This document shows positions 39,877 to 49,533 of a stretch of 64,000 nt of DNA, in pieces (the stretch's first letter is position 1; each line of letters starts with the position of its first letter). This DNA comes from Flavobacteriales bacterium (lineage in GTDB: Bacteria; Bacteroidota; Bacteroidia; NS11-12g; UBA955). Under the pieces are notes generated by a model. The model ran no database searches and was not told the DNA's origin. It saw only the letters and a list, made by a program, of their open reading frames with translations. The stretch is from assembly GCA_947447955.1 (NCBI GenBank), contig CANFLS010000012.1, positions 2,946-66,945 of the forward strand, read 5' to 3'. A program made the position numbers and the translations under genes.

Positions 39877-40203
39877 CTAACCCTTAGTCCGATACCCCTT
39901 AGCAGCCAAAAACGCTTTCACCTTATCCAACGTATCTCCTTGAATAATGATGTCGCCTTCTTTGCTGGTTCCGCCCACACCGCAATGGTTTTTGAGGCTT
40001 TTTTCTAACTGTTTTAAATCGTCAGATTTGCCAATAAATTCTTTAATCACAATACAAGGTTTGCCATTGCGAACTTCTCTTCTCACATATAATTTCTGTT
40101 GCGACGGCTCCAAAGTGTCTTGTTCCTCGCTCTCAGTGTCATACTGATAATCCGGATTTGTACTATAAACAATCCCCGATTTGTTTTTGTTTTTGTTGCT
40201 CAT
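39877..40203 (-). CDS. SUI1/YciH translation initiation factor family protein
   Basis: IVYSTNPD and LKNHCGVGGTSKEGDIIIQGD. Confidence 0.9.
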   Translation of the reverse strand: MSNKNKNKSGIVYSTNPDYQYDTESEEQDTLEPSQQKLYVRREVRNGKPCIVIKEFIGKSDDLKQLEKSLKNHCGVGGTSKEGDIIIQGDTLDKVKAFLAAKGYRTKG

Positions 40204-40213
40204 ACTTTTTTTG

Positions 40214-40426
40214 GGTTAGAAGGGTTAGACCGATTAGACGGATTAGACAGATTGATTGTGATTAGACAGATAAATTTGAATAGGCAGATAAATATTTAAA
40301 AAATCTAAATCGATTTTAGATAAACGATAAACATATTTCATGAATTTTAACTTTTACTCTTGCAATTGAAAAAAATCTGTCTAATCTTCCCGATAGCTAT
40401 CGGGATAACCCTTCTAATCTGTCTAA
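40214..40426. repeat. composite repeat element 8: inverted 9-mer arms around an AT-rich spacer, with palindrome
   Basis: TTAGA(A/C)NGR copies at 40216-40270; reverse copies at 40376-40426; palindrome at 40388-40405. Confidence 0.85.
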
Positions 40427-41172
40427 TCTCTGTAAATCACTCCTGCCGCAGGTTGTGCCGTTGGCATAATTACTAAGTCGTTAATGTTTACGTGGGCTGG
40501 TCTTGAAACTGCGTAATAAACAGCATCGGCAATATCATCGGCAATGAGGTTTTCAAATCCCTCATAAACCTTTTTAGCCCTGTCTTTGTCGCCATCAAAT
40601 CGTACTTCGCTGAATTCGGTTTCAACAGCACCAGGATGAATCCCTGTTACCTTCACTTTGAACTCAGCCAATTCAATGCGCATGGCTCTGGTTAAAGCGT
40701 CAACGGCATGTTTGGTAGCACAATATACATTGCCATTCATATAAACATCTTTCCCTGCTATAGATCCAATATTCACAATATGACCACTTTTTTTATCCTT
40801 CATCCAATTGGCAACAACCTTTGAAACATAAAGTAATCCTTTGATATTGGTATCAATCATGGTATCCCAATGCGTTGTATTTCCATTGAAGAACTGTCCC
40901 AAGCCCCAAGCCAAACCGGCATTATTTACCAAAACATCAATATTTTTCCATTCTGCTGGCAATGAATTCAATGCGAGATTAACTTCTTCGTCACTTCGTA
41001 CGTCAAAACACAAGGTATACACTTTTTCAGAACCTATCTCTTCTTGAAACTTCAACAAACGCTCTGCCCTTCTTCCCGTTACGATTACTTTGTAATTGTT
41101 TTCCAATAACAACTTTGCAGTTGCCAATCCAATTCCACTGGTACCACCAGTTATTAATGCTATTTTACTCAT
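40423..41172 (-). CDS. SDR family oxidoreductase (YdfG-like)
   Basis: TGGTSGIG, NNAG, YCATK and PGAVETEFS. Start at MSKIA. Confidence 0.9.
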   Translation of the reverse strand: MSKIALITGGTSGIGLATAKLLLENNYKVIVTGRRAERLLKFQEEIGSEKVYTLCFDVRSDEEVNLALNSLPAEWKNIDVLVNNAGLAWGLGQFFNGNTTHWDTMIDTNIKGLLYVSKVVANWMKDKKSGHIVNIGSIAGKDVYMNGNVYCATKHAVDALTRAMRIELAEFKVKVTGIHPGAVETEFSEVRFDGDKDRAKKVYEGFENLIADDIADAVYYAVSRPAHVNINDLVIMPTAQPAAGVIYRD

Positions 41173-41177
41173 CACTC

Positions 41178-41918
41178 TTATTTTAAAGCATCTGCAACGA
41201 TGATCATGTTGGGTGTAAAAATCACATTTTGTGTACTTCTCCCCGTTGCAAATAATGTCATTTTTAATTTTTGTTTCAACCCGAACCAAATGAATTTACG
41301 AATCAATTCTTTCAGCGGATTTTGAATTTTCACACTACTTTCCACCACTTGAACTGCATTAAATCCACACGCCATGCAAACCTGCTGCGCCGACGATGCA
41401 TTCATATAGTTTTCGTGGGTAAAATCGCCATTGGCAAAAACAGTTGTCAAAGGAGCATCCAAATTCGGGGTTCTAAAAATCGCTTTCCCTCCAGGATTCA
41501 ATTTATTTTTTATGAGGGACAATAACTCCACCAATTCATTTTTTGTAAAATGCTCAATGATGTCCATTCCGAATATTAAATCGTATTTTTCATATGAATC
41601 TTTTAAATAGTTCAAAGCATCCTGCTCTTTCACACAATCTACACCCAATTGATGTGCCAATTTCACCTGTTCACCACTTAAATCCATTCCAAGCAAATTG
41701 GTAAATCCATTGTCCTTCAAAACCGACAAAAGACTGCCGCTGCCACAACCGAAATCATACACTTTCGATGTTTTCGGAAATGCGTTTACCAATGGCAATA
41801 TTTCAATTGAAAATCGCCATTTTTCGCGGTTAAACAAAGCGATGGCATCAACGCCGCTGGCTCTTCCACTTTGGGTGGTATGGTAATTTGAATATAAAAT
41901 TTCGCGGTATTTCATCAA
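41178..41918 (-). CDS. class I SAM-dependent methyltransferase
   Basis: DFGCGSG, DIIEH and LNPGG...TPN. Confidence 0.85.
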   Translation of the reverse strand: MMKYREILYSNYHTTQSGRASGVDAIALFNREKWRFSIEILPLVNAFPKTSKVYDFGCGSGSLLSVLKDNGFTNLLGMDLSGEQVKLAHQLGVDCVKEQDALNYLKDSYEKYDLIFGMDIIEHFTKNELVELLSLIKNKLNPGGKAIFRTPNLDAPLTTVFANGDFTHENYMNASSAQQVCMACGFNAVQVVESSVKIQNPLKELIRKFIWFGLKQKLKMTLFATGRSTQNVIFTPNMIIVADALK

Positions 41919-42352
41919 TCAATTTTTACAATGGGAATATCAACAGCACACATAATTGAGCTACAAGTAGCAACCAATTTTCGTGAACCATCTTCAAAAA
42001 TGTCATATACTTCACCTTCGCAAAATACCAAAAAATTGCCCGATTTTTTAACTCTGCCCGTGGCTAAAATATTTTTGGCTGTTGAGGGATTGAGGTAACT
42101 CACTTTTAAATCGGCGGTTACCACATTTTTACCTTTTACCACGGTGGTATAAGCGCCAATTCCGGTAACAACATCTAGAATGGTAGCGGTAACTCCACCA
42201 TGCATAAATCCATTTTGTTGCAAATGGTGCTTTTTAATTTCTAACGTCATTTCGGCATACCCCACTTCAACATGTGTTAACTGAAGTCCAATGTGCTGGA
42301 TAAAATGATTTTCTTCTAATCTTTCGTCTAAATAAGCTTTTAAATCTTCCAT
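41915..42352 (-). CDS. PaaI family thioesterase
   Basis: GFMHGG...ILD and VTADLKVSYL hot-dog fold motifs. Confidence 0.9.
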   Translation of the reverse strand: MEDLKAYLDERLEENHFIQHIGLQLTHVEVGYAEMTLEIKKHHLQQNGFMHGGVTATILDVVTGIGAYTTVVKGKNVVTADLKVSYLNPSTAKNILATGRVKKSGNFLVFCEGEVYDIFEDGSRKLVATCSSIMCAVDIPIVKID

Positions 42353-43386
42353 TATTTTACTGGGTTATAACCAGACAATCTCAATATTTTTGATGCATCG
42401 TGTTCGTTAAACAATTGTTGGTACGAACAGTCTGTTGCTTTTCTATATGCTTCAACTATTTGAAGTCCCATAAAACTTCCAATCATTGGAGGACAATCGG
42501 CAGGAATTCCAGCCCCAAAAGTATGGGCTCCGTATACAAAATACCTTTTATAGGAGTTAAAATCTGAACTAAACAGCAACTTGTTTTCTAGGAAATGTCG
42601 CCACATTTGTCCTTGATCTAACTTCATTATTTTCCATTCATCTTTGGTGTATCCTAGCAAATCGTACACTTCAGATTTCGGAGAAACTTCCTGCAATAAC
42701 GACCAAATTTTTCCCTCAAAAACCGCTTGTTCTAGCATGGTTTTGATATTGTGTTCGGTTTCGAACTTACTCTTTATGTAATTCCAAATGAGCATGGTAG
42801 GAATTTGAGAAGGACTGTTGTATCTGTTAAAAAAATCAGGAACTTCAAGCATGGCATACACAGGAAAGGTGTCGTTCATGAACATTTCCTTGCTAAAGCC
42901 CAAAATCAATTGACCTTTGGTGGTATCAACGAAAGTATTGTAATTGCTAAATTGCGAAAAGTAGCCATACACAACTGGCGTTGGGGTATTTGGTATTGCT
43001 GTTTGCAAATTTTGCCAAGATTCATTCAAATCGTTTTTCCAATCGTTGTGAATGGCATAATGCGCGTTCATTGCCTTGTACATAGGCTTATTTTGTTGCA
43101 CAAAATAATTGAAATAGGTTGCCACCATACTGTCTGGGAAATTGGCATAGCGGTTATAGTCCATAATCTCTGAAAACCAGACGTTAAAAAAACGTCCGTA
43201 TTGTTTTTTGAGCATATAAATATCTTGCGGCAAAACTCTTTTACTTGATAGACTATCAAGCGTTTGAGTAAAGTCAACTATTTTGATATCTGGCTTTGTT
43301 GCTTTTTGTTTACAACTTATGGATAAACCTAACGCCAGCAAGAGGCTACATAGCACCAATTTGTTGAAAAAGTTGTTTTTTTGCAT
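42352..43386 (-). CDS. GldB-like gliding motility lipoprotein
   Basis: Lipobox ISC; MLEQAVFEGK, W-HFLENKLLFS, PPMIGSFMGLQIV and final LSGYNP. Divergent from an OMP/nadE pair. Confidence 0.7.
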   Translation of the reverse strand: MQKNNFFNKLVLCSLLLALGLSISCKQKATKPDIKIVDFTQTLDSLSSKRVLPQDIYMLKKQYGRFFNVWFSEIMDYNRYANFPDSMVATYFNYFVQQNKPMYKAMNAHYAIHNDWKNDLNESWQNLQTAIPNTPTPVVYGYFSQFSNYNTFVDTTKGQLILGFSKEMFMNDTFPVYAMLEVPDFFNRYNSPSQIPTMLIWNYIKSKFETEHNIKTMLEQAVFEGKIWSLLQEVSPKSEVYDLLGYTKDEWKIMKLDQGQMWRHFLENKLLFSSDFNSYKRYFVYGAHTFGAGIPADCPPMIGSFMGLQIVEAYRKATDCSYQQLFNEHDASKILRLSGYNPVK

Positions 43387-43409
43387 ATAATTAACAATAT
43401 AAGTATAAC

Positions 43410-44174
43410 ATGAAAAAAATCATTTTGTTGTTCACCGGTTTAATTTCTGCTGCGGCGTTTAACATAGCCTCTGCCCAGGAATCAAAAAGCTTTTCTTTCG
43501 GCTTCAAAGTTAGTCCTAATTTTGCATGGGTGAAAGTCCAAGAAGGACCAATGACAAATAATGGCCTTGGATTGGGATTTACATATGGCGTAACTGCTGA
43601 TTTTATGTTACTTAAGAACCAAAATTACTGGTTAAGCACAGAATTAAATGTGACTTCTTTACCAAGCAAAGTGCAACATACGGGTGATTTGAAGGGCTCG
43701 AGCGGTAACAACGCCACTTATAAAAATGTTCAGTTTAATTACAACAATCAATATTTACAAATTCCGGTAAGCATCAAATTCAAAACTGATGATTTGGGGG
43801 GAATGAAATATTACATGCAATTTGGTTTGGGAATGTCGTTTGCCATGCAGAAAAAAGTTGAAACCATTTCTGATCCGAGTATTTACGGCAATTCTGGTTT
43901 AACATCGCATGATCCCAACAACCCATCAAATGATATCTATGATTTTGCGGGAATAGACAATAACAAACCTGACCCGAGTCTAACTTTCAAAGACGACATC
44001 AATACATTTAGAGGCTCAATGATCATTGGTGCTGGTGTTGAATATCATTTATCAGGCAACATGAATTTGTTAGCAGGATTAAAATTCGACAATGGGTTTA
44101 CAGATATATTTGCCGATGCACGCGTGAATGCTAGAAATAATTTCCTTTCTTTGCAGGTAGGTTTAACATTCTAA
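43410..44174 (+). CDS. outer-membrane beta-barrel (porin/PorT-like) protein
   Basis: FGFKVSPNFAW, YLQIPVSIKFKT and C-terminal VGLTF. Confidence 0.8.
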   Translation: MKKIILLFTGLISAAAFNIASAQESKSFSFGFKVSPNFAWVKVQEGPMTNNGLGLGFTYGVTADFMLLKNQNYWLSTELNVTSLPSKVQHTGDLKGSSGNNATYKNVQFNYNNQYLQIPVSIKFKTDDLGGMKYYMQFGLGMSFAMQKKVETISDPSIYGNSGLTSHDPNNPSNDIYDFAGIDNNKPDPSLTFKDDINTFRGSMIIGAGVEYHLSGNMNLLAGLKFDNGFTDIFADARVNARNNFLSLQVGLTF

Positions 44175-44181
44175 ACAATTC

Positions 44182-45822
44182 ATGTCGGCAATAAAAATAT
44201 GCCTTGCTCAGCTCAATTTTAAAATAGGAGATTTCGAAGGAAACACTGCCAAAATTGCGGATACTATTTTCACTGCCAAACAAAAAGGCGCTGATTTGGT
44301 TGTCTTTTCAGAAATGTCGGTTTGTGGCTACATGCCCGACGATTTACTCGATTACCCATGGTTTGTTGAAAAATGCGAACATAGTCTCGATGCGGTGGCT
44401 CAAAGTTGCCAAGGCATTGCTGCCATTGTTGGCGGTGTAATGCGCAATCCCCACAAAGGAAGAAACCTACAAAATGTTATGTGCTTCATGCAAAATGGCA
44501 GAATTCAAAAAACCATTGCAAAAACATTGTTACCCACTTATGATGTATTTTCCGAAGCGCGTTACTTTGAACCTGCCCAAGAAACAGATATAATTGAATT
44601 CAAAGGACATAAAATAGGCATTGCCATTTGTGAAGATATTTGGGATATCTATAATGATTTTGAATACAATGTTAGCCCTGGATCGATATTAAAGGAATTG
44701 GGTGCCGATATCATCATTAACCCTTCTGCTTCCCCATTTCACTTAGGAAAACAATCTTTGCGTAATCGGGTTTTTGGAGGACAAGCCAGCCGATTCGATC
44801 TTCCGGTAGTTTATGCCAACCAAGTGGGTATCCATACCGAACTGTTGTTTGACGGTGCCAGTCGTGCGGTAAATCGCAATGGCGAAGTGGCCATGCAGCT
44901 TCCAGACTTTGAAGAAGCTGTTGGTTATATTTCATTTGATGAAGGGTCAATATTTGCCAACGCTACCCTACCCATTGAATTGGATGAAATTGCAACCCTA
45001 CACCAAGCATTGATTTTTGGCATTAAAGATTATTTCAAGAAAATGGGCTTTAAAAAAGCTGTTCTTGGATCTTCAGGTGGTATTGACAGCGCTTTGGTTC
45101 AAGCATTGCTTTCTCAAGCATTAGGAAACGACAATGTGTTGGCTATTTTGATGCCAAGTCAGTTTAGCTCTGAAGGATCAATCAACGACGCCAAAAAGAT
45201 TTCAGAAAACTTAGGAAACGAATACCACATCCTTCCCATTGAAAATATTTTTGATCAATTCACCAATTCTTTGACTTCTGTTTTTGAGGGACGAGAATTC
45301 AATGTTGCAGAAGAAAATATCCAAGCGCGCTCAAGGGGCGTTTTATTGATGGCAATCAGCAATAAATTGGGCAATATTCTAATCAATACAAGTAACAAAA
45401 GCGAAATGGCCGTTGGATATTCAACGCTATACGGCGATATGTGTGGCAGTTTATCCATTTTAGGCGACGTATACAAAACCCAAGTATATGCGTTGGCCAA
45501 ATACATCAATAGAAACCACGAAATCATTCCAAACGAAATTATAGAGAAAGCACCAAGTGCTGAACTTAGACCCGGTCAGAAAGATTCCGACTCATTGCCA
45601 GATTATGATATGCTCGATGAAATTTTGAAACTATACATTGAAGGCAAAAAGAGCAAAGATGAAATAACTATGGAAGGTTACGACAGTTCTTTGGTTGAAC
45701 GTATTGTGAACATGGTAAATGCCAATGAATACAAACGTTATCAGGCACCTCCAATTATTCGTGTGAGTTCAAAAGCATTTGGGAAAGGCCGAATCATGCC
45801 TTTGGTTGCAAAATATCAGTAA
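44182..45822 (+). CDS. nadE: glutamine-dependent NAD+ synthetase
   Basis: Nitrilase domain (ICEDIW) plus SGGIDS, ENIQAR, NKSE, GYSTLYGD and PSAEL. Confidence 0.96.
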   Translation: MSAIKICLAQLNFKIGDFEGNTAKIADTIFTAKQKGADLVVFSEMSVCGYMPDDLLDYPWFVEKCEHSLDAVAQSCQGIAAIVGGVMRNPHKGRNLQNVMCFMQNGRIQKTIAKTLLPTYDVFSEARYFEPAQETDIIEFKGHKIGIAICEDIWDIYNDFEYNVSPGSILKELGADIIINPSASPFHLGKQSLRNRVFGGQASRFDLPVVYANQVGIHTELLFDGASRAVNRNGEVAMQLPDFEEAVGYISFDEGSIFANATLPIELDEIATLHQALIFGIKDYFKKMGFKKAVLGSSGGIDSALVQALLSQALGNDNVLAILMPSQFSSEGSINDAKKISENLGNEYHILPIENIFDQFTNSLTSVFEGREFNVAEENIQARSRGVLLMAISNKLGNILINTSNKSEMAVGYSTLYGDMCGSLSILGDVYKTQVYALAKYINRNHEIIPNEIIEKAPSAELRPGQKDSDSLPDYDMLDEILKLYIEGKKSKDEITMEGYDSSLVERIVNMVNANEYKRYQAPPIIRVSSKAFGKGRIMPLVAKYQ

Positions 45823-45823
45823 A

Positions 45824-47026
45824 ATGCACAGACGCTACCCAAAACATTTTTGGATAATGTGTTGTGGGGCACTTTTCTTCTTTTTATCGTTCAATATTGT
45901 TTTACCTGAATTATCCGATTTCCTTAAAAGATTAAATGGAAGTGAATATTTGGGATGGATTATTCCTGCGTTTTCAATAAGTGCACTGGTTGCAAGACCT
46001 TTAAGCGGATGGATCACAGATAATCTAGGCCGAAAATGGGCCATGATTGGTGGGTGCATATTTTGTATTGTTGCCGGATTTTTATATCCCTTCGTAGGAA
46101 CACTTTCTGCTTTTTTCTTGGTACGTATTATTCATGGATTTTCAACCGGATTCACCCCAACAGGGTTTACCGCTTACACCGCAGATACCGTATCGCATGA
46201 ATTTAGAGGAAGAGCCATGGGATGGCAAGGCACTTTCAATAACATTGGAACGAGCTTTGGTTATGCCCTTGGTGCCTTAATTGTAAACTACTTAGGGGTG
46301 AATCAACTTTTCATAGCCAGTTCTATTTTCGCAATTTTAGCCTTGGTCATGTTTTCAATGTTGCCAGAAACAAAACCCGCCGAAGCAAAACGAAAATTTG
46401 AATTCAATATTCAGAGTTTATTTTATATTCCAGCTTGGAAACCCGCTTTACTCATGTTTTTGGTTTGTATATCACTCGGTTCAATTTTAACCGTGATGCC
46501 AGACTATACCATAAGTTTGGGCTATGCAAACAAAGGACTTTATCTCACTATCTATATCACGTTTTCATTGATATTCAGATTGTTTAGTGGCAGAATTTCA
46601 GATACTTTGGGAAGACCCTGGTCAACTGCAATTGGAACCCTAGGTCAAATTATTTCTATGTTGTTGCTCATATTGAATCCTTTCAAATACGCCTTTTTTA
46701 TTAGCGCATTCTTTTATGGAATTGGACAGGGTTTTAATGCTCCGAGTTTATTTGCTTGGGCAGGAGATACCGCCGAAGCAAAAAACAGAGGAAAAGCACT
46801 CGCTTCACTCTTTATGATGCTAGAATTGGGGATTATTTTTGGAGGTATATTTTCAGGGAAAATATTTACCAATTGGAAACTTGGATACAATGCAGTGTTT
46901 GCAATGAATGCATTTTTCTTTTTGATAGCCTTTGTTATGAGCGTTGTGATTATTCTTCAAAATCGTCGAGCAGCCAAAACACATCGCGATACCACTGAGA
47001 ATAAGCATTATAAGACCCATGCATAA
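45824..47026 (+). CDS. MFS transporter
   Basis: About 12 TM segments; GWITDNLGRK motif A. Confidence 0.9.
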   Translation: MHRRYPKHFWIMCCGALFFFLSFNIVLPELSDFLKRLNGSEYLGWIIPAFSISALVARPLSGWITDNLGRKWAMIGGCIFCIVAGFLYPFVGTLSAFFLVRIIHGFSTGFTPTGFTAYTADTVSHEFRGRAMGWQGTFNNIGTSFGYALGALIVNYLGVNQLFIASSIFAILALVMFSMLPETKPAEAKRKFEFNIQSLFYIPAWKPALLMFLVCISLGSILTVMPDYTISLGYANKGLYLTIYITFSLIFRLFSGRISDTLGRPWSTAIGTLGQIISMLLLILNPFKYAFFISAFFYGIGQGFNAPSLFAWAGDTAEAKNRGKALASLFMMLELGIIFGGIFSGKIFTNWKLGYNAVFAMNAFFFLIAFVMSVVIILQNRRAAKTHRDTTENKHYKTHA

Positions 47027-47528
47027 ATTTGATAATTTCTTTGTCAGAATGCGGTTTTCGTTGATATAATTTCACAAATTTCAACTCCGTATTTTCCATG
47101 TAGTATTTAAAATCAATAATGCAATCATACCAATTATCAAATACACAGTAACTACTATACCCTTTTCTTCTGGCGGTAGTTTCCCTTTGATTGGGATATC
47201 GCATTCCAACCAAATTGTTATATTTCAGGGCATAAACTGAATTTTGATTGTCATACCCACTCTCTTCAATTTTTAATACAATAAATAGTTTGGCCCATTT
47301 ATCGAGCGCCACTTTTGCAACTGTATGTAAATCTTTAATTTTGGGAATTGTACGCAACGGCAATTTTAAGCTATCACAATAAACTGTATCATTTTTAATG
47401 ACAATAAAACCCGTTCTTGGCTCGCAAAAAGGTTTGTTTTGAACTATTCCCGGAACACCAAAAAGCACCAAGTAAAATAAGCAACATACACCTATTAAAA
47501 ACGATACTTTACGGATTACATTTTTCAT
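46950..47528 (-). CDS. membrane-anchored glucosaminidase (GH73-like) domain protein
   Basis: EESGY...NNLVGM...FDNWYDCIIDF resembles the glucosaminidase catalytic core; N-terminal TM. Confidence 0.55.
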   Translation of the reverse strand: MKNVIRKVSFLIGVCCLFYLVLFGVPGIVQNKPFCEPRTGFIVIKNDTVYCDSLKLPLRTIPKIKDLHTVAKVALDKWAKLFIVLKIEESGYDNQNSVYALKYNNLVGMRYPNQRETTARRKGYSSYCVFDNWYDCIIDFKYYMENTELKFVKLYQRKPHSDKEIIKFMHGSYNAYSQWYRDVFWLLDDFEE

Positions 47529-49444
47529 TAGAATCGAGATACTACATTGCCTAATTTATTGGCAATGTCAATTTTTACTGTATTTAAGAAATCTAAATAT
47601 TCTAAGATTTCATCATGCTGTTCTTCAGGCTGTTGTAATTTAAACTGTTCAGAAAGGATAATCTCTTCTATTTTAGTTCTGCGAATATTTAGAAAAATGG
47701 AAATCAGTTCATCTCGGTAATTGTCTTCTTCCGTTTTTACATAAATCATATTATCTAAAAAGGCAGGACTTAATTGATGATCGTTTGAAAACACGCCAGC
47801 CACAAATGAAGATATTTCTGTGTCTGTATGGTGAATAAAATATTCAACTCCAGGCCATTCAAACGTACCATCTGGCTTTATCAATTCATTCATGAACTTA
47901 CTTGCAAATGGATCTTTAAATTGAATACTCTCATCGGCCATATATTCTGTTAACGCAAAATCAAAAATCGTTTGATTTTCATCAAAGGACTTTGTTGCGT
48001 TCATGAGCAATGTACGAATCATGGCAATTTCTTGATGGACATCGCTCAGTGCTACAACAACCGGTTCATCAATAAATAAATTAACTACATTTTTAGTATC
48101 GGCAAATAATTGCTTTTTATCTTGAACAAGACTTATTCTCAATAACTTGCCAAGTTCCTGAGCCAAAACCTCTTCTTTTACATCGCAAATGCGCTCAAGT
48201 TCTTTAACAAGGGTTGTTCTTTTTAACGTATCCTTAATATAGGCAACAGATTGTAAAATATCTTTAATTGCCTCCGACTTTTGAATTGGGTCGTTTTGTG
48301 TTAATTGCAATAACAATTCAGCCTTGAAGAAAATAAAGTTCTTTTCAACCGATTGGATATAATCTTTGAATCCATCTGGACCCAATTTTTTACAATATGA
48401 ATCAGGATCTTCCCCTTCTGGCAGGGGCACAACACGCACGTTGATATCGTCGGCAAGCAACAAATCAATTCCCCTAAGCGACGCTTTAATACCAGCAGCA
48501 TCACCATCGTAAATTACGGTTACGTTGTTTGTAAATCGCTTGATAAGTTTAATTTGACCAGGAGTTAAAGCCGTTCCGCTACTTGCAACTGCATTTTCAA
48601 TTCCCGACTGATGCAATGTAATCACATCCGTATATCCCTCAGTCAATAAAACCTTATCAAGTTTCTTGATTGAATTTTTCGCTTGGTAAAGCGCAAATAG
48701 GAAGTCGCTTTTTTTGTATAATTCTGTTTCTGGGGAATTGACATACTTTGGTGCATTGTCTACCTTGCCCATAATACGACCCGCAAACCCTACTACTTTA
48801 CCACTAACCGCAATTAACGGAAAGATAACCCTGTTACGGAATAAATCGTAGGCAGAACCGTCAGAATCGCGCTGCTTAATCAATCCAGCCGATTTAAGCA
48901 TTTCATCCTTATAACCCGCTTTGATAGCTGCTTTGTAAAAGGCATCCCACGATTCAGGACTATACCCTAACTGCCATTTTTTAATTGTTTCTAAAGTAAA
49001 GCCGCGTTCTCGGTAATAAGGTAACGCAATATTCTTACCTTCTTCTTGGGTATGCAGTTGATCGGCAAAAAATTGAATGGCAAAATCATTGATAGATTGA
49101 ACCCCTTCTCTAAGCTTTTGACTTTCTTCGTATTCTTCTTTGTTGCCAACATTGGTTTCTACCAAATCAACGCTATAGCGTTTGGCAAGCATTCGGGCCG
49201 ATTCGGTAAAAGAAAGGTTTTCAATTTCCATCAAAAACTGAATTGAATTTCCACCTTTTTGGCAACCAAAACACTTATAAATGCCTAATGTTGGTGTTAC
49301 TGTAAAGCTTGGTGTTTTTTCATCATGAAAAGGACAATTCCCTTTAAATCTAGAACCAGATCGCTTTAAATTCACGTAATCACCTACTACATCTTCAATG
49401 ATGGCGGCGTTGAGCAATTGGTCTATGGAATTTGGACTTATCAT
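47528..49444 (-). CDS. dnaG: DNA primase
   Basis: CPFHDEKTPSF zinc finger, KYVNSPET, EGYTDV and YDGDAAG TOPRIM motifs. Confidence 0.97.
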   Translation of the reverse strand: MISPNSIDQLLNAAIIEDVVGDYVNLKRSGSRFKGNCPFHDEKTPSFTVTPTLGIYKCFGCQKGGNSIQFLMEIENLSFTESARMLAKRYSVDLVETNVGNKEEYEESQKLREGVQSINDFAIQFFADQLHTQEEGKNIALPYYRERGFTLETIKKWQLGYSPESWDAFYKAAIKAGYKDEMLKSAGLIKQRDSDGSAYDLFRNRVIFPLIAVSGKVVGFAGRIMGKVDNAPKYVNSPETELYKKSDFLFALYQAKNSIKKLDKVLLTEGYTDVITLHQSGIENAVASSGTALTPGQIKLIKRFTNNVTVIYDGDAAGIKASLRGIDLLLADDINVRVVPLPEGEDPDSYCKKLGPDGFKDYIQSVEKNFIFFKAELLLQLTQNDPIQKSEAIKDILQSVAYIKDTLKRTTLVKELERICDVKEEVLAQELGKLLRISLVQDKKQLFADTKNVVNLFIDEPVVVALSDVHQEIAMIRTLLMNATKSFDENQTIFDFALTEYMADESIQFKDPFASKFMNELIKPDGTFEWPGVEYFIHHTDTEISSFVAGVFSNDHQLSPAFLDNMIYVKTEEDNYRDELISIFLNIRRTKIEEIILSEQFKLQQPEEQHDEILEYLDFLNTVKIDIANKLGNVVSRF

Positions 49445-49533
49445 GAAAAGAATTTATTTTGTTTTTGTAGGAGATTGAACAAACAAAATTTAGATTTGCA
49501 ATTTACAATTGCCAATCAGTAAAAACAAAATTT

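Noticed and set aside
28401..40426. Integron attC sites (GTTAGAC fits GTTRRRY and GTCTAAC fits RYYYAAC)
   Set aside because: Most units are ATTAGAC in tandem, there is no R''-L''-L'-R' arrangement after each cassette, and no intI gene is seen. Kept only as an analogy.
41173..41289. Long N-terminal extension of the SDR overlapping the methyltransferase
   Set aside because: The Rossmann motif begins right after MSK at 41172; the extension lies in another gene's coding region.
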